Part shown: piece by piece, positions 61,481 to 64,000 of the stretch
Layout: each line of letters begins with the position of its first letter
Numbering within the stretch: position 1 is the stretch's first letter
From: Amoebidium appalachense
Lineage: Eukaryota > Protista > Ichthyosporea
Reading direction: 5' to 3'
Length of the DNA stretch: 64,000 nucleotides
NCBI GenBank assembly: GCA_963693365.1
Contig: CAVNZM010000002.1
Span: forward strand, 5,906,259-5,970,258
The notes under the pieces: model-generated
Databases searched by the model: none
Told to the model about the DNA's origin: nothing
Seen by the model: the letters and a program-made list of their open reading frames with translations, nothing else
Translations under genes and position numbers: made by a program

Positions 61481-61917
61481 TTCCCCCCTTCCTCCCCCCG
61501 ACCCAAAACCTTATTATCAAGGTGTGCCGGACCACCACCTGACCTTTATCCAATAGGATGGCCAGCGTGCACACCAGAACACGCTCACACGTGAGCTTGA
61601 GGACGAGGTGGGCTACCTACGCAGGCAGGTGGCCAAGATGCAAGACGTACTTGCCAAAATAGGCAACCCCCACAGCCAATCAGACACCAGCGAACTTTTG
61701 AAAAAGCTCGGGGCCATTATGCAGAAAACATCAGCATACGACCCTCCCACCAAGAGGAATGCAAACCCCTCCTTAAGCAATGCGTATGTGTCAACGATGA
61801 ACGAAGATACAAGGAGCAGACCAAACATGAGCAGGACCACCCTGCAGACGGTTACAAGGAGTGACATGACCCTTACTAGTGTGGCTAGCGCTAACGAGCT
61901 GGAGAGGGTGGCTGTGT

Positions 61918-61949
<32 letters not shown>

Positions 61950-62265
61950 GGGGGGGGGGGGAGGATCCGTAATTGGAAGAACTTAGTTTGCAGGGGATGG
62001 GGGGGGGAAGGGGAGGGGGAGGGGGAAGGGGGGGGGGGGGGGGGGGGGGGGCTAGATGGCGAAGTAGTGAAGATACGAGTGTCGATAGAATGGGCAATCG
62101 CATATTCTTAGGGAATAGGTGACAAGAGGGAGAAAAAGCAAGGTTCGATGTGGCATTTTACTCGTCTGGATAGCACAATGGGCTGGGTTAGTAGTAGTAG
62201 TGGGATACCATATACTGGTTGTTTTTATTGAGCAATTTCAATGCTGATGGTAGATTGTCTTTACA

Positions 62266-62360
62266 GGATCGTTGAATCTTTTAGGATTACTTGAAAATTA
62301 CTGCAAATCGAACGGATCGTTGAGTCTTTTAGGATTACTTGAAAATTACTGCAAATCGAA
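62266..62360. repeat. Two-copy ~48-bp tandem duplication between convergent gene ends
   Basis: GGATCGTTGA(A/G)TCTTTT(T)AGGATTACTTGAAAATTACTGCAAATCGAA occurs twice. Confidence 0.9.
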
Positions 62361-62585
62361 GGAAGCATTTTCAAGGAGAGGATAACCGAAGCTGTTGTTG
62401 TAAGTTTTCTTGTATGTCGCCAGTGGCGAGCACCAAGAACCTTTTTCTATACACAATTATCCGGCCACAATATCAATGTGTGACCCTTTCACCGATTCGT
62501 TTCGAACATCATGTCTCCTCACCCCCCCCCCCCCCTTTATATGTACGTCCCCTCCACCTATGCACACTATCTACACATTCATGGC

Positions 62586-64000
62586 CTATAAACCGTTCTT
62601 ATTGCTGCACCCCGTGAATCTCTTTGCCGGGCACTCATCCGGCAGAGTGTTTCTAGTCATCTCGCACCACTGCCCGCCCTCGAAGTAGCTCTTGGGCCAG
62701 CCTGCAGCCACACACGGGGCTGTGTTCCAGGGCTTGGTGCCGTTGGTTCCAACCTCACAGCTGACACGGCAGGCATCAAGCTCGGGCCGCTGGGGGTGGA
62801 GGGTGTTGGTGAGAATTTATTGCAGAGTAGACTTTCAATGTAGGCAACATAACACAAAGCTAGCTAGCTCTGCAATGCGGGAGGTTGGGGTGGGTGAGGT
62901 GTGTGGGTGGGGGGAGGGGGGGAGGGGGGGGGAGAGGGGGGGGGAGGGGCAATGTGCCGGCTATTAGCAATGTGCCGGCTAATAGCTGAAGAGTGACCAA
63001 AAGGCGGAGGAAGAGGAAGGATTTGGGGGGGAAGGGGGGGGGGGAGGAGGGAAGAGGACGGGGGATTGCGGGGGAGGGGAACGGTGCTGGGGGTGGGGTG
63101 GGGGGGGGGGAGGAATGGTGCTGGAGGGTGGGGCGGGGGCCGGGGGCCAGGAGGGGAAAGGGGGGAGAGAAGGAGGGGGAGGAGGGGAATAGTGCTGGGG
63201 GGGCGGGGGGAGGGGAGGGGGGGGAGAGGAAGGGGTGGAGGATGTGTATGCATACCTTCTTGATAGTGCTGAACTTCATCTTGTTTGCGCGGTCGCAGTA
63301 CATGCATCTTGCAGTGAAGTACTCCGTATTGAGCACTGGCTTATCGGCATTGATGAAGGGCCAGTAGTTGCCACAGTTGCCGTTGATCCAGCACTCCTCG
63401 TTCACAACCATGTCATATGTCTCCCACAGGTAAGAGGCAAACTCGTTGCTGTTCTTGAGTGCAACACCCATACCCCTAGCGTGTGTCTGCGCCACAAGCC
63501 ACTTGTTGAACATAAGTTGGATGGATAGGTCCACTTGGCCGCCGTTGGCCAGGTTGTGCTCGTGGATGATCATGTCGGGGTTGTCCCACTCCATGGCGTC
63601 ACAGCCCTTCTCTCGTGCCTCGTCCAGACGCTGAAGCATGATCCCACCAAACACGTCCATGCGCTTGAGGTCCAGCCACCTGCATGGAACATGGTCAGAA
63701 ACCGTGCTAGGCGCTTAAGTTATAAAGCGATAGGCAATTCTGGGTGGGTGCATATGATAGGCATGCGAAAGGGCCTAGGTGGGTGCATATGGTAGGCATG
63801 CATAAGATATCGACTAAGATCCTCAAGCATGGTACAAAGCCTGCCGGGCAGGGTGTTTTATGATTTTACGTGCTCTGTATCTCTTGTTCTAAGTGTTGAC
63901 AGGGAGAATTTGTTCCGGGGGGAGGGGGAAGGGGTGGACGGGGGGAGGGGGGGAAAGGGGGAGGGGAACATACGCCTCGCCCATGAAGTCATCACCCTTG
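62586..64000 (-). CDS. Glycoside hydrolase family 114 (endo-alpha-1,4-polygalactosaminidase-like); 5' part lies outside the window
   Basis: Exons 64000-63974, 63679-63256 and 62789-62586 splice in frame: GEAWLD...RLDEAREKGCDAMEWDNPD...HARGMGVALKN...VVNEEC...KPVLNTEY...STIKKRPELDACRVSC, then a Cys-rich tail. Confidence 0.9.

Noticed and set aside
62266-62360. CRISPR-like repeat
   Set aside because: Only two adjacent copies with no spacer, in a eukaryotic context with no cas genes.

Overview
Eukaryotic genomic DNA with GT-AG spliceosomal introns. The introns are packed with G/C homopolymers and (CA/TG)n tracts, which generate most of the spurious poly-Pro/Gly/HT/CV ORFs in the track. Host genes I could splice by eye: an intronless PHO80/PCL-type cyclin, a 6-exon RER1, a 15-exon protein with three DOMON domains plus cytochrome b561, a 3-exon calmodulin/myosin-light-chain-like EF-hand gene, a small coiled-coil orphan, a ~1050-aa class C (GABA-B-like) GPCR with a bacterial-type solute-binding ectodomain, and the 3' part of a GH114 glycosidase. 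The GPCR's first exon is split by a nested LTR stack: a Copia element (half-tRNA-iMet PBS, RT deleted, scrambled internal duplication) that itself contains a non-autonomous gypsy derivative with apparently identical LTRs. Also present are a decayed hAT transposon and a hAT MITE (both with TIRs and 8-bp TSDs) and two copies of a LINE with an unusual conserved 3' end. All calls come from manual reading and motif recognition; no searches were run and the organism is not identified.
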